A stretch of 64,000 bases of DNA, from positions 1,049,387 to 1,113,386 of the forward strand of contig NW_019217784.1 of assembly GCF_002571385.2 (NCBI RefSeq). Direction: 5' to 3'. Shown here in pieces: positions 61,417 through 64,000 of this stretch. The notes under the pieces are model-generated. The model searched no databases and was not told the DNA's origin. It saw nothing but the letters and a program-made list of their open reading frames with translations. A program made the position numbers and the translations under genes. Position 1 is the first letter of the stretch. Every line of letters begins with the position of its first letter. Source of the stretch: Stylophora pistillata (taxonomy: Eukaryota).

Positions 61417-62664
61417 GTTCTTACCGTTAAAATTTCAAAAACATGGTCTGCAGGTTAGTGTGGTCAGCGGTCATTTTCCTTAGTTTTATACTTTGTGTAG
61501 AACATTTGCTTTATCGCGTGACATTCGTGTCACATAATCATGTATTAAAAGGTCGTTACCATGTCAAATTTTGTTGCACGATTAGTCTTGGCATGAAACT
61601 CCAATACGACTGTGTAGAATTTTAACTATATTTTATTCGTGGACTCCAGTCACTGACAGGGCTGTTAGTATATTTTATCCCAGATCTGAACAGATTAGTA
61701 ACGTGCTCTCAAGTTGGTCTGTTTAATACACAATCACCTAGCCCCAGGTTATGATGAAAATTTTCAGTTCTCTTTTAATAACATCTTACAGCTTTGCAAA
61801 GAAGTTTACCCTTTTTTTCAGTCCTGTATTTCCCCAAAACTGACGAAGGTCCCTTCTAGACATTTGCTTTACATTAGGATTTAATACTAGGGAAATGAAT
61901 GGGGAAAAACTTAGGAAAAGTTCTCTTTCCTCATCTAATAAGATTAGCATTACATACCTTCTGAACAACCATCTTCACTGTGTTTGCATCATTTTAACCA
62001 AAGAGGCATAAGAGCAGTTACAAGCTGCTCAATGCAGGAAAAACTAGTCATAGAGGGGTGCCACTTGATGCATTTTTGTCCTCCCCCCTCCCCATACACA
62101 TGCAAGGTTGATGATGGGGTTGTGAGAAATTATAACCCCTTGGCTTTCAAGATTGTTTGGTCAATCATGTGTAGAATAAGTTATTTATAGCTGTAAAGGT
62201 TAAAGAACTGAATATGGGGTAAAAAAGAGTTGAAGTTATGACAAAATCTGTCCACTCACTGGTGTAACATTTTTTATTCAAAACAAAAATCGGCCACAGG
62301 CCATCCAAGGTCGCAGTGAGAGAATTATTCAATACCTAACCAAAACACTCTGTGAAACACAACATTTGTTATACTTTTCTAAGGATCATTTAAAAATTAA
62401 ACAGGTTATAAACTTGGTATCAATCTGTAATTGTCACATCCATGTTACATTGAGCTGTGAAGCAAGTCCTGAAAAATATTGAAAACACCCAAAAAATAAA
62501 TTGAGTTGAATAATTTTAGTCTCCTCTACTTTTATTCCTTGTTAACTCTTTCAGCTGTGTAGGATTATTGACTCCCATCAAGATTCTAAATGGTCAAGCT
62601 TTCTGAAGCTCTATTGATTAACTATCAGGCTAAGTTGAAACACAGTACCTTGTACTAACAGATA

Positions 62665-63860
62665 TCACTTCATCTCCTCTATGGCAACATCAATATCGGT
62701 AATATGACTCTTCAAGGCTTCCCACTGACTCAGCTGCAGTGAGATGCCTAAAAGTGAAAAGCACTATTCAATCTCAGGAAATTTTGAGCATAACTTCATT
62801 CTTTGACTGTAATCTTTTAGTAGACAGTCACAACTGGTTCTGAGTTACTCAGTTTCCATATCACCATCTTACCTTTTCTTCCTGGCTTCATTTCACCTTC
62901 ATTATCTTCATAGAACTCCCTAATGTCAACCAGGATTTTGCCTTTAAACTCTCGCACAGTTACCCTACGTTTGTCAGATAACTGAAAACAGAAAACAAAA
63001 AAAACAAAACAAAAAAGTGTGTTTAATCAAAGAACCTGCCTAATGTATAAAGAGGTTAGTCTTATATGTAACATGTTTGGCCACCTTACTGTTGCCATAG
63101 AAACATGTGGCTGGCATACATTTCCTTAACTGTTACCCCTTAACATCAAACAGTTTAGATACTCAATTATACCTGGTGAGCTCTACCACAAGATCTTTAG
63201 GACATGCTTTTGATGAAATTTGAGAAATACTTCAGCATTGTACCTATGTCATAAATTCGTGTGATATTACCCTACAGTCGATCCACTTTTATTAATTACA
63301 ATTTAAGTTTTCATAATTCTTAATCGGCAGACATATGCTGATTGTCTAGGATCGTTGATATTCATATTTTACATATTTATATATTCATATATTCACATAT
63401 TTTTTCTGAGAAAATTTTAATTGTAAGCTATAGTGTATTTCTGTTTTTGACTGCAACTCTTTTAGCAAATAAAGCATCTATCTATCATCTATCTGATTAT
63501 AAAAAATCTAATAATTTTAAAAGTTTCCCACACTTATAAGACTAGGGGAATCGGTCTGTTGAATCGTTAGATCTCCCCCACCCACCACCCTCGCTTAGCC
63601 ATGCCTTCGCTGAGCCATGCCTTCACATGAAGCCAGAACAGAGGAAGGAAATCCAACCTTTATCAATCCAAACCTATGATAATCAGAAAACTTGTAATTG
63701 TTTGCTAAATAGCAGTAGTTTAAAAAAATCCCACCAAGTTTGAACTACGTATTAAAATATCTACACGAACCTCAAACACACCGGGCTCTGTGTCTTCGGT
63801 GCTACTCTCCTTTATCGATTTCTTAGACTTGCTCTTTTTTGATTTAATCTGAACCTCATA
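62665..63860 (-). CDS. SUB1: Transcriptional coactivator PC4/p15, 3' exons (~63860-63771, 62981-62873, 62747-62665); 5' end lies outside the window
   Basis: [61 protein letters not shown]. Confidence 0.92.
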
Positions 63861-64000
63861 CTAAGAAAAAGCAGAGAAGATTAAAAACAAGAACATTAAC
63901 TTTCCAAAGCTACGATTCTAACTTGTAAAGTGTGCAATGAACTTATTCTTTCTTACAAGCAACTACCTCTTCTCTCTTACAAGCAACTACCTCTTCTTCA

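Noticed and set aside
63173-63243. Possible poison cassette exon in a SUB1 intron
   Set aside because: AG/GT boundaries are present but the polypyrimidine tract is weak; not supportable without RNA-seq.
27514-63860. Functional RNA-processing cluster (RBM8A, DBR1, POLR3G, SMN, SUB1)
   Set aside because: Interspersed with unrelated genes; ordinary housekeeping-gene density and ancestral linkage explain it.

Overview
Eukaryotic, intron-rich animal DNA. The repeat families and gene content suggest a scleractinian coral, which is my inference. I could build 11 protein-coding genes by hand from splice sites: DMGDH (+) convergent with a BHMT-like gene (-), RBM8A/Y14, intronless DBR1 head-to-head with TIMM44, a TMEM35/NACHO-like gene, a secreted collagen-stalk/LamG-head protein, POLR3G/RPC7 head-to-head with PGPEP1, SMN and intronless CCDC15. 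The 3' part of SUB1/PC4 runs off the right edge. There is also a dead duplicate of BHMT exon 1, a frameshifted GPCR remnant and many mobile elements: Penelope-like elements with hammerhead ribozymes, a tRNA-derived inverted/tandem element with a 13-bp TSD, and several MITE types. The best leads are (1) a secreted protein combining a cubilin-like N-terminal trimerisation segment, a kinked collagen stalk and a LamG/ConA-like head; (2) a DMGDH-BHMT pathway pair whose BHMT keeps its Zn ligands but has a remodelled methyl-donor pocket; (3) repeats with divergent arms that share a strand-specific ssDNA hairpin design (C-GNA-G triloop plus tandem CGAG/CGAG G.A pairs); and (4) an SMN with a second, cage-less Tudor-like domain. 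Exon coordinates were read manually and may be off by a few bases. Comparisons with human proteins are from memory and were not computed.
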